In this document: in pieces, positions 8,690-19,417 of the stretch
Layout: each line of letters begins with the position of its first letter
Position numbering within the stretch: position 1 is the first letter of the stretch
Assembly: GCA_009103225.1 (NCBI GenBank)
Contig: RHPI01002368.1
Span: 140,248 to 164,052, forward strand
Length of the DNA: 23,805 nucleotides
DNA from: Chlorokybus atmophyticus
Lineage: Eukaryota; Plantae; Mesostigma and Chlorokybus algae
Reading direction: 5' to 3'
The notes under the pieces: generated by a model
What the model saw: only the letters and a program-made list of their open reading frames with translations
The model's database searches: none
Told to the model about the DNA's origin: nothing
Made by a program: the position numbers and the translations under genes

Positions 8690-9536
8690 ATGTTCGCACA
8701 GGGCGGGCAGGGTGCCGGAGGGGTGTCCTCGGTGTCAAACCCCACCATGCCTACCAAGGGCACAGCCAATGACAACAGTGACTCCAGCGATATCTTACAG
8801 GGCTCCCCCTCCGAGTGGGCAAAGGCACACCACAATACTGCCCCTAAGAAAATCCGACCCACCAGCAGCTGCGACCACGGCGACATGATTGAAGGGACCA
8901 AACAAGACTGGCATAACCAAGGTGAGTTACGATGCACTGTCAATGCCACATGCTAGGGTTCTTTTATCTTGCACATGCACAGCCTCAAGTATCTTGCACT
9001 TGACATACACTGTCAATACCACATGCACACCCTCATGCACAACCTCCAGTGTCATGCACATGAACAGCATGACGAATCTCGCAAATGCACAGCCTATTTC
9101 TACTTGCGGGAGCTCACAAGTCGCAAAAGAGAAGCTGCGGAGTACCACAAATGGGTAATCCATGACCTAGTTAAATGTTTCCAGCGGTAATTAAGCAGTG
9201 TGCTTGCAGATCGCTATGTTGGTCAGAGTGAACCGAGAGCAGCTCGGTAGGCTGATTGTCTGCCTGGCGGAGTGCAACAAAGCGGAAGACGAGGTAAGCA
9301 TGTGTATGCTAATGGGCTGGTCCTCTGTCAGCACGCCACTCTTACAGCATTACCACATGCAGGTGGTCACTCTCAAAGCGACCATCAAGCGCATGCGCGT
9401 GTACGGTGAGGCGCTGACATTCAAGCTGAAGGACGAAGTAGCCGCTGTACTGTCAGCGAGCGAGGCAGCGGATGAAGATGACTCCGGCGTTCAAGCAGAA
9501 GACTTGTCGGAGTTGGAACAGGAGGAGGGGGTTTGA
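8690..9536 (+). CDS. Hypothetical spliced protein (~180 aa), helical core with acidic tail; exons 8690-8921, 9093-9154, 9210-9293, 9363-9536
   Basis: Canonical introns GTGAGT..GCACAG, GTAATC..TTGCAG and GTAAGC..ATGCAG splice into one open frame: ..DWHNQ-AYFYLRELTSRKREAAEYHKW-IAMLVRVNREQLGRLIVCLAECNKAEDE-VVTLKATIKRMRVYGEALTFKLKDEVAAVLS..ELEQEEGV*. The start codon is uncertain. Confidence 0.7.
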
Positions 9537-12197
9537 GGAGGAGTTCTGAGGCAGGCACCACAGGTTGACAAGCTGCGCATGAGTCCAACAGCTAGACTCG
9601 ATGTTACAAAAGTAGTTTTATGCGCAAGTCGGCTGCTCAGTTGCAAGTGAACATACTCTTACCATTGCTGGTACATTGTATATATTGTGGGCTTATAGGT
9701 GCAAGACCAAACAATCAGTCCAAGGTTTGTACAAGCTGCATGGCATGTTAGTGTTGGCTTACGGCACGAATTGCCAACTTTTGTTAAACGGCAAGGGTCA
9801 CATATTACTAGCAGTGTAACGGCAAAGAAGCTGCCGGCTATTGCTGTCAGCTGTCCGTAACTACCTGCTAACGGCCGTCTGTGCACATCGACCAAAGGAT
9901 AATTGGTTGACAACTATCGGCCGGTTAATGCCACTAACAACCACTTTCGGCCCGCGGCCGTCTGCGTCAGTCCACTCAAGCCAATGGCAAACCCAACAGT
10001 CAAAAAGTAACATTTCAGGCAGCGACAGGCAGGCTCAGGCAGGCTCAGGCACCAGTCAGTCCCTCAGTCCTTGGTCAGTCATCGTGTAAAAGTTGCGACG
10101 CACTTGCATTTGCTAGTGTCATTGTGGTGAATAACGTACATGTGATCCCATTATGTATGTGGTATGTGGGGATTGGGGGAGCTTGAGTACGATTATGATC
10201 ATGTAAAATGTTGCAAATAAACAGGAAAAGCGATTATGGTCCAAGTTACAAGCTTTCTGACTTATCGTTATCGTTTTACATTGCGTTAAGATTCTAGCAC
10301 ACGTAACCAACTTCTTTAACCAGCGGTGATTAACCGCGCCGGGCTGTCCGCCCCCGTTTAGTGAGTATATTTTGCATGCTTACAAGCGAGTTTATTTCAT
10401 CGCGACAGCCTAGTTCACTGTGTACAGTGCAGCATAGGGCCGCGATGCTGCGAATAATCGAACATCGGCGCATGGACCGGCGCAAAACTTCTTGGTTTCT
10501 TTCAAACTTTGCGCTCTATGTTGTTTTTTGGACGTTTTGTCCGCCCTTTGAAAACGTCATTTTGCCCGTTTTCGGTGCACTTCGGTCGCATGGGGCCGCT
10601 ATGTCTTATATCTCTTATGGTGGAGGAGCCGCGTCCCGTTCTCTTTGGGTTGGTTGGCCCACGTGTTTACCGCTGACCAACCAGACGGCTTAACCCCTTG
10701 AAGAAGTTAAGAGCGTTAGGCGTTGAGAGGCAGCCGCCGCCAGTTGGCAGTTACCGCGTGCAGTGTACGCCGTGCACCGATTATCGCTGCAGAAGGTTTC
10801 GCATGTGCTGTATAAAAATATGCTATAAAGCTATAACAATATGCTACATAAGGTTTGCCGGTGGGTTGCATAGAGCGGTAATCAAGCATGCGTGTACGCA
10901 GAGAAGTGTTAAACTCTACAGCTTTCCTCGCAGCATTGGCAGTGTAGCGTGTGCTGTGTTTAGCATAGTTGGTAGTAAATAAACGCTGTGTGCTTGTTCT
11001 CATGTAATAGAGTAATTAAGTATGTAACTTGAAGTAGTAGAGCGTGTGTGTATCGCGTCGATCTGGCACACAATCATACGCATGCAATTTAAATGTTATG
11101 ACTTTAATGTTCAATAGAGTGATCATTTATAAGTTGTACATGTATATGTCATGCATTGTTGACTAAAAACAATGCACTTTAGTGTATTGAAGCGTGTGTA
11201 CATATCAGCAAACATTCTTACACATAACTATCCTGAATAGTACATTTATATGCAATATCATATTGCATGAATATGATATTCATACGACAAATCACATGAG
11301 CCGGCAATAGTTACAATAAAAACAAGCATCATGAGTAATAATGCACAGTGTCAGTTGGTTAGGCCAAACAAACGACTTCACTACCAAAAGTGTGCGCAAC
11401 AAGCATTATAAGATAGCAAGCAATTCATGCACTGGCAGTGACCATAACGTATACAGCGGCCTATCTTAAAAAAAAATTAAAAAAAAAATCAAATGCGTGC
11501 AATGACAGTGCCATTGTGAACAATTACTAAATGTGAGGATATAAAGATGCGCATGCAACTTTAAAAACGTATTGTGTTTTCTGTGTGCAACTGAATACGC
11601 ACAGGCGTACAACATAAGTTGCACATGTGCAACTCGTACATATTATGTTTATGCATACTACGCATATATATATATGAATACGCTCATATGCATTGTTATG
11701 TATACGATGGATGCGTTTTCCCATCCATGGTGTGTGTCAATATTATGTTGCATGACGTTCATAATTTGAGCACATTAATCTGCACACAACTGTAAATAGC
11801 TACACTATCGTAAAATCTGTATAACAAGCGGTGGCAATTGCATGGCTTGTATTTCGACCCCGCCTTCATAATTTCAAGACCAATTGTGCTAAAAGCCATT
11901 ATGATGTCATGTTTCTCACAAAACATGTCAGACACTACGGTAATACATGGTACTCTTTGTATTATGCCTGATCGGCAAATATGAATGCTTGTAAGTACTT
12001 CGCATATGTCGACGAGACCTAAGGGAAGCTTATGCGGATCCTCATTGTCTTCTGGGCTTTTTCAGCAAATTTCGTTTAATTCTCACGCAACCGTCATTGC
12101 GATATGTTTCAAAAACAGCAGTATACGGCTGAACTTATAACATAACCGAGTTGGTCACGGCGTCAGCAGGAGCAAAGAGGGGGGATTTCGGGCCTTG

Positions 12198-12274
12198 CAC
12201 GCCCCCCTATGATATGGCCAAGTTTCTTGTCCAAAGGGCCAGCGGTACGGTAGCGAACACGCCCCCCTATGATA
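12198..12274. repeat. 17-bp exact direct repeat with 60-bp period
   Basis: CACGCCCCCCTATGATA at 12198-12214 and 12258-12274, with a weaker third copy (CCTCCCTTATGAAA) near 12342. Confidence 0.85.
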
Positions 12275-12693
12275 GTAAAACGTCAGTTGTCAATGCATGA
12301 CGGGCGAAAACGCTTGAGATTCCCCGTTTCCCCCCATTTCCCCTCCCTTATGAAATGGTCAATTTTTCGATTTCAGCCAAAACGTTTTCGTAGGGCGGGA
12401 ACGGAATAGATTTTGGCTTCGTCCAGTAAACCAACAAACATTGTGATATAACGTTCATGTTACGTTGAAATAATGGTGTTACGTTAATGAATAAGAAAGG
12501 CTCGTTGATAACCAAGCTTGCCACGAGCAAACAAATAATATATAAGAATAAACAAAGTTGTTTAACATGGCATTATAAGCTTAAGTTTATGTTTAGATAT
12601 GTGTGTATATATATACATATATTATATGTATGCACATCTTACATGAAGAGTACATAATCTTTGCATATGCCGTATGCGCGCACGCATGCACAT

Positions 12694-12794
<101 letters not shown>

Positions 12795-13008
12795 TACATA
12801 TCTATATGTGTGCGTTAAACGTACTTCAAACAATTGCTGGAGGTTTGTGTTGAATGAAGCTCGACGCAACTAAATTAAGTCGAGCCAATCGAGCTTAAAG
12901 CTACTTGATATCGACCCTATTATAACATGTGCGTTAATGTTAACCATTTGTGACACTGCTATGCTTGGTTAGTTACCCCATCATAACTCTGTTCATGATC
13001 AAAAAATA

Positions 13009-13743
13009 CCGTATTTACCCCAATACGGTCCCCCCCCATATACCACCCCCTTGGCAAAATTGAGGCGGGGACTGTGTTTTTGAACGTTAGGGTCCCCCCC
13101 CTCTTTTGTAACCCCCTTTGAGGAGACTGTATTAAAAATGTATAGGCTTCAATGTCAACATATATGTGTACATATCAGTGTTATAACCGACGAGTGTGTA
13201 TGATTTGATAATATACCATGCATTACATATTATGTATATGTATGCCTATCGTATGAAGTATTGATCTAAAGATGTGTATGATTTGTATATTGCGTTTATC
13301 TCGTGAACGTATAATGTACCCTATAGCATGCAGGTGGTTGATACTATACGCAACATAACAACATATATATACAATACGCATCAATGGATTATCGCAATGA
13401 TGAATTAAGATGATATTGTTGTGGGCCACATGTATGGCCCAAACTTTGTTCACAATGCCGCTTATGACGATAAATAAAGAGCGCACGCTGCTTGGCAGCG
13501 CCATGTGCGTCACATTTACGATGACGGCGTGACCCAAGCGCGTTAGTGACTGAGATTGAATACGTCATCCGAGGCAGATGCTGAATCTGGGCGGTGACTG
13601 TGCTGCCCTCACAATGTATGTGAGGCTCACATACAGATTACAGTTCCCCCAACCCTAATAGAGTCCCCTCCGTATGCAGTCCCCCTCAGTAAAATCAAGG
13701 AGGGGACTGTATAGCTCGGGGGACTCTATTGGGGTAATTACGG
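13009..13743. mobile_element. MITE of the Tc1/mariner superfamily (pogo/Tc2-like TIR), 735 bp
   Basis: Left end TA|CCGTATTTACCCCAATACGGTCCCCC; right end reverse-complemented TA|CCGTAATTACCCCAATAGAGTCCCCC (23/26 identical). Looser inverted similarity continues for ~60-70 bp. TA target duplication at 13007-13008 and 13744-13745. No transposase ORF. Confidence 0.9.
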
Positions 13744-13843
13744 TAATGCTATTTTTAAGCAGAGTCAATCATTAACGTGAATAAAAAATAACTTGTAAAC
13801 AATGTCATATTAACAAGTAATTATCTATCATAATGGTTCATTT

Positions 13844-14394
13844 GGTTGAGAAATGAGGGGTTTCCACTAAGTCACGTCAGCAAAAGGCGCTGATAGTTGA
13901 GCACATACAATGGATTTATGCTACAATCATAGTATTCCTCCCCCTTAAGATGTAATTGTCCCATCACCATCCAACCCCAAGGGACCTCGACCTAGTTTCC
14001 GTGTATGGGACTCACGTCATCGACCGCCAGCCTACCCGGCAGCTCGGTTTTTGCGCGCCAGCCGCCCGGCGCGACTTTTGGCCGCGGCAAGTTGCTTTTT
14101 CGACCGATGAGTCGACCTAAAAATCGGTCATTCCCACGTGACGCTGCGACATGTCGTGGTGAGTGGTGATTAATGAAGGTTCCTCATTCGTTTCTTGTTT
14201 CTGCCTGCCTTGGACCTTAGAGCAGGCCACGAAAACCTTGAGTTCTATCCCCCGGACGGAATTCGAATTCATGACCTTTAGCTTTTCAAGCCGCGATACC
14301 AAATGTTACGTAATAAGGGGTTTCCACCAGGTCACATCAGCAAAAGGCGCTCATGGTTGAGGATTCTATATTGATCTATGCTACAATTGTAACA
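13844..14394 (-). mobile_element. TRIM (terminal-repeat retrotransposon in miniature), 551 bp
   Basis: 91-bp direct repeats (14304-14394 and 13844-13934) align without gaps, ~75% identical by my count. The 5' LTR reads TGTTAC...GTAACA. PBS-like TGGTATCGCGGC (14301-14290) starts 2 nt after it (9/12 to the iMet PBS TGGTATCAGAGC). PPT AAGGGGGAGGAA (13946-13935) abuts the 3' LTR. No clear TSD. Confidence 0.8.
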
Positions 14395-15049
14395 AATTCC
14401 AAGCCCTACTTTGACCATTGGCTTAAATTCATACTGAGCATTTGCACCGGCGTGCGTAGAATTTATGTATTTTGCGCAAAATATATATAGGTACAGACTT
14501 TTTGTGCATGATACAAACTTCTCTTCTCACTTTTTTCAAGTTTACACCGACAAATGTTTGAGTATCAAATGGCGTCATGTCGTTTTCTGCGGCAAACCAT
14601 GCTAGAAGCGGCGCTACGCTAGTTTTTAGACGGTGTTGCTGGCGGCATCTTGAGCGGCGGCGGCGGTTATGCGGGCGTAGTGCGGCGTCTAATGCTGTAG
14701 ATTTAATAGTTGCATTCAGAGCAGATACACATGCTATGAAGGTCAATGAATGCAACAAATTAAACGTGATGTTGTTACACACAATGGGCGTGTGTATGGT
14801 CGACCAACGCATGCACTTGCTCACTGCAAATGGACGCACGCAAGAGGCGCATTTTGTGGGCACTGCTATTGCTGATGATGTCAAATGATTCGCCTACACC
14901 TTAATCACAAGCTCTTTGCGCATGTGCATAGACAATGACGAGTACAATAGACGGGCGACTGAGCTTTGGCACGAGCAGCCCATGCATTTAATGTTGTCAT
15001 TAAGTGTCGACAGACACTCTTGCCTTCGGCCATGTGCGTTCGGCACAAT

Positions 15050-17200
15050 CAACTTGCCCTTTCGGTGCCATAACCCTTTTTGTGATAAGTGACCTTGTTA
15101 ACTGCCTGCTTCAACATCTCAGTAAACCATGTAAAATGCATAAACATTGGGCCAGCGCCTAGCAATGTCTTCCACATCAATAACCATATGATCCTCTCCA
15201 TTGGCCTGTGATTAGCCAATAATGCTTCACTACCAGTGCTTTTATGTGTTTTTAGCAAGTCGCTGGTCTCAGCCTTACGGATTGCCAGTGGTATCTCATT
15301 GACATCTCTTTCAAGCTCACTTGGCAATTCGCAAGTACTGGCATTTGTGTCGCTTGACTGTGCCCACCCTTGACTTCGTGTACATGCACATGTTGTCACT
15401 GCCAACAAGCAAAGCAATGGCGAACGGCTTAATAAGTGCGCCACATTCATTCGCCCCGGTCCATAAACCTAGGTAAAAATTGAATTGCGACAAGTATTGA
15501 GCCCATCTCAATAATCCTCTGATCCTCTCAACAAAGTTGGTTTGTAAAGGAAACAAGGAGGTTGTGGTTGGTGATCATTCTGAACCCGCCTTCCACCCTC
15601 TGTAAATAGCAACGCCACTCACACAGCACGTGAACCACCCAAACAACTCTTGCTCAATTGTCATATAATTTCTCTTAGCTGAAAGAACTTTCTGTTGACA
15701 TAAGCCAGGGGGTGCTCACTCCGCAAAAACACAGCACTAGTGCCCTTTACAAATACATTGCATATTACCTCAAAGGGCTTGGTGAAGTCCAATTGCAATA
15801 CCGGCACCGTTACCAAAAGCCTCCTGGATAAACTTAAACGCCTCTTCCTTTCTGTGTGACTATTCCCACGCAACCTTATCACGTAACAGGTTAATGAGAG
15901 AAGCTACACGCGATGAGTACCTCAAGATGTACTTGCGGAAATCATTACTATGATAGTTGCTCAAGCCCAAGAACGCGCGTAGCTCGTGCACATTTTGCGT
16001 GCTAGGCCACTCTTTGACCTTAGCAACTTTCTTTGGGTCCGGGTGCACGCCCTTTTTGCTTACAGTATGGCCAAGGAGGATAAGTTTCGTGTTGTCAGAC
16101 TCGCACTTGAGCATGTAAGTATAGAGGCGATGCGCATGCAATGTTTTCAACACCAATGTTTTCAACACCTTGCGCACATGCGCGACGGCTAGCATCAACT
16201 TAGCATCCTTGCTGAACACAAGTATATCAATATCATATACAAGCATTGTATTACCAATTAACTTGTGAAACACACGGTTGATCATAGGTTGAAGGGTGGC
16301 TGGCACATTTGTCACTAAAAAGGCAGCACTTTATATAGAAAATGACTAAGCGGCGTACGAAACTCTGTTTCTAGTATATCTTCCGGAGTGACACATATCT
16401 GGTAGTACCCGCTAATAATAACAGGTCCAAGGAGCTGAACATTGAGGCCCTCCACTCAGTTGATCAAGCAAATCATTTGTCCTTGGCAGCGGATATCTAT
16501 TCTTGATCACCAGCTTATCAAGGCCCGGTAGTCTATGCACATGCGTAGCCAGCCATCCTTCTGCGGCACAAAGAGGATGGGTGCCCCAAAGGGAGAGCTA
16601 CTTAGCTCAATTGATCCCCTTGCAAGCAAGGCCTTGATATGCCCCTCCATGTTCGCATACTCAGCCCATAGATAGGTCTGAACGGAGGCTGCACACCCGA
16701 TTCAAGAGGAATCACATGCCATACGTCCCTCTTCAGTGGCAATTCAGACAATTTTGTTTGAGACACATCAGCATACTCACATAACCGACCTTTTAGAGCC
16801 GCGTCTTGTGGTTTACCATTGGTGTCATCAATTGCAGTGGGTTGAGCTGTTAGTGGCAAACGGCCGGACTAGCACTAGAAAGGTTTGAGTTCCATGGCAA
16901 ACCGCCCTTTTCACCTGCAAAGCACTCAACAAACAATATAAGACATCAATACCAAGTCTGTCATCACTCGCAGTGGGTACGACATCGTGCCCATCTACGT
17001 GCAAGGTCACACGACCTCACCCTTTGCGAACACTTCAAAGTTTAGTGTCTACGTCCGTGCGCAAGCTACATGCTTGCTTCCCATTGTTGCCAACAATGAT
17101 ATCCACGCCTAGTATCTCAACTATAAATTATCAAAAAACCTAAGCGCTGAGCATATTAATAGCTGTGCACGGACAAGCGTACTACTCCCCGTAAGGGGAT
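15050..17200 (-). mobile_element. Degenerate Ty3/Gypsy LTR-retrotransposon pol fragment (protease remnant, RT, RNase H)
   Basis: [30 protein letters not shown]; [40 protein letters not shown]; TNVPATLQPMINRVF..LVYDIDILVFSK (YLDD decayed); LLGHTVSKKGVHPDPKKVAKVKEWP..ELRAFLGLSNY; RNase H DFTKPFEVIC..EHPLAYVNRK, RWAQYLSQFNF. Many frameshifts; no recognisable integrase or LTRs. Confidence 0.92.
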
Positions 17201-19417
17201 CTCGTGCTTGTTCAAGGCCACAACTGTGTTATCGTCATCACTTTGTGACACGAATGCCTAAGCGTTGCTCACGAGTCTCATTCACAAAAGTATCAGGCAT
17301 GCCCGTTCCAATGAGGGCTGACACGGAGCTGGTCACTGCCGGAGGGATTTGGACATAACCTGACATTGCCTTGTGTGGTTCATCTTACTCCTGGCCATAT
17401 AGGCTCAGCAGTTGACCTACATATGAGCGCACGCCACGAGCACTACACATGCTTCTCAAATGACCAAGCGACAGAGAATGATGTCAGCCTTATGGACATG
17501 ACAACATGCATACGAGGGTTAATATTGGACACTACATACCACAACCGCCAATTAACACTCGCGTAACGTATTCATTCCTCCATGCGACGGTTTGTGCATG
17601 CCTTGCTGCTTACAAGTTGTTTGTTGTTATTCGGTTGCCAACACATTGCGACAAACATCTGATCAAGCTGCAAAAAAATCATAAAGTATGCTTATCGACA
17701 TGTGACAGTTGGTAACCAGTGGTTGCTTTTACCATCGTAAAAGCCCTAATGCAGCTAGAATAACGACAAGCCTCTGCTGCTGCTTCGTTTTTCAACACCG
17801 ACAGTTTTCTTGTTATTTTGTGCTGGAGAAAAATATAACCTCCAAAACTACACAAGCGACTATAATATATATGTATGTATATAACCAGTTGTAGCGTTGT
17901 GCTGGTGATCAAGTGTCACGAAATGTGTTGACCGCATCAAAATGCATCAACCGCATCAACATGCATTGACGAGCACGCCAAGTTATACAACACGATACTA
18001 TTCATGTGTCAGCAAACGATTTGACACATGCACAATAGCAACCGACCGGCGACGTTAAGTGGCGACATTGACAACGATAAGTATGCATGTTATTCACTAA
18101 TTGCAAGCCGCAGTACCTGCTGCTACCGCTCCCCTCCATCCCAAAAAAACGACAAGGAAGGCAGCTTGCGACCGAACTATCACTACTGCCTTTGTGCAAT
18201 AAGAACCCTTTCTCCGCTCTCCGTGGTCGTGCTTCCGTTGCAAGGGTTTTGATGACAATGTCGCCGCTGACCCCAAAAATACCGCCACCGCCGCTGCCGA
18301 CTACGTCAGGCCGATTAAGACGACTTACTTGGCAGGTATGTATATACGACGAGCGCCAAGATGCCCACCTGTAACAAACCGCAACCAAACCGCAGTGCGC
18401 ATGCCTGCACTGAACGCATTCAGGGCTGCGATGCCAGCCTGTGTGTGTAAATGACCTCGCATACCACAGTGCGCATGCCTCGTACGCCAACCCACATCGG
18501 TTATAACCTTTGGCCTCCTCATTAAAGGCACAGATCGTGAGAGCGTTCAACTAAAATCATTATCCACATTAGTCATTTGACATGTCCCAAATGCCACATT
18601 CGGCTCACGTGCGGCTCGTCGTCCCTTCCATACTGTGCTAATCGGCCATGGTTGCCATGATTGGATTTAAAGACCCTTACAGACCCTCCAACCGGCCCCA
18701 ATTATGCCTATAAGCAGCGACTGGATTGCTCGAAAAGTCACTCTGTACTGTACGGCATGAGTAATACCCCAAAAGAGGATGTCATGCTCATGTTGACGTA
18801 CAATGTGTAGTGTACGCACTGCCCTGAATGGACGCTTCGCACTGCCAGTGCGACACGGCACTCACTTCATCAATCACGCCGAACGCCAAAGCGCGTGTTT
18901 TCAGCCCTACCTTAGCCCTACCTGCCTTGGCCAAATTTGGTCTACACCACTCTTAGCAAGTCTCTACTTGTTTTAGGCTTACTATCTTAGTAGGTTGAGG
19001 TTAGACAATAGGGGCTTGGCCTACCAACACTCATCGTTGTTGAGCTTCGTTGAGGCTGGCACAGGTATCCGTGCATGCATCAGGAGTGGTCACGCCTGTA
19101 CTTTGCGCCAGCTTCAAGCTACTAGGTAGGGCCCTGCTTGGCACTTGTGGGAGGCTTTTTGAGTTTTTTGGGAGGGTGTAAGTCACTTCAAGAGACAACA
19201 ACAACGACATTCGCACAAGGCATGCAGTTGCCGCCTCGTTGGCGGCATCGCTGGCGACACATAGAGTGACGTTGTGGCTATGATCGTTGGTGTCAATGAG
19301 GCTCAGAGGTTGGTAGCTCTAGCCTTTGCTGAGAAGCTATGCATGGAGAGAGCAAGTGCAGAGTAGGAGGGTTGGGTAAGCTTATCTAGAGAGATTTTCG
19401 CATTGGTAGTGTCGGCT

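Larger units (their letters stand above)
886..9536. mobile_element. Putative large Plavaka/CACTA-like DNA transposon with cargo genes, degenerate; boundaries are approximate
   Basis: A Plavaka-like transposase relic sits among tightly packed, similarly decayed accessory genes (OTU, RING, Tudor-C5-MTase) and palindromic motif arrays. No convincing TIR pair or TSD was found, so linking all genes into one element is inference. Confidence 0.6.

Noticed and set aside
886-9536. Endogenous giant virus interpretation of the OTU/RING/MTase cluster
   Set aside because: No NCLDV hallmark genes (capsid, polB, packaging ATPase, primase) are in the window, while a eukaryotic transposase and spliceosomal introns are present. 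It is not fully excluded.
1052-9930. AGTTGTCAA (~1068) and TTGACAACT (~9907) as candidate TIRs of the Plavaka element
   Set aside because: Only 9-10 bp match, there is no CACTA/CAC terminus and no TSD; consistent with chance.
10309-10710. Possible piggyBac-like MITE (TTAACCCCTTG at ~10690; partial inverted match AACTTCTT..CAGCGGT; small internal hairpins)
   Set aside because: The inverted match needs a large gap, and no paired TTAA-flanked TIRs were found.
14249-14320. 72-nt tRNA-like stretch on the - strand (TTCGAAT T-loop-like, TTGAAAA anticodon-loop-like)
   Set aside because: The D and anticodon stems overlap and the acceptor pairs poorly. The same bases are better explained as the TRIM LTR end (GTAACA) plus PBS (TGGTATC..).
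14429-15048. ORFs 14429-14884 (-) and 14577-14888 (+) as Gypsy integrase or another TE protein
   Set aside because: No HHCC or DDE integrase pattern is recognisable apart from a lone CxxC, so they cannot be assigned.
17920-18550. Short duplications (ACCGCATCAA x2; GGCGACATTG/CAATGTCGCC inverted pair; CAGTGCGCATGCCT x2) and overlapping ORFs
   Set aside because: The repeats are short and do not define an element, and the ORFs lack protein-like motifs.
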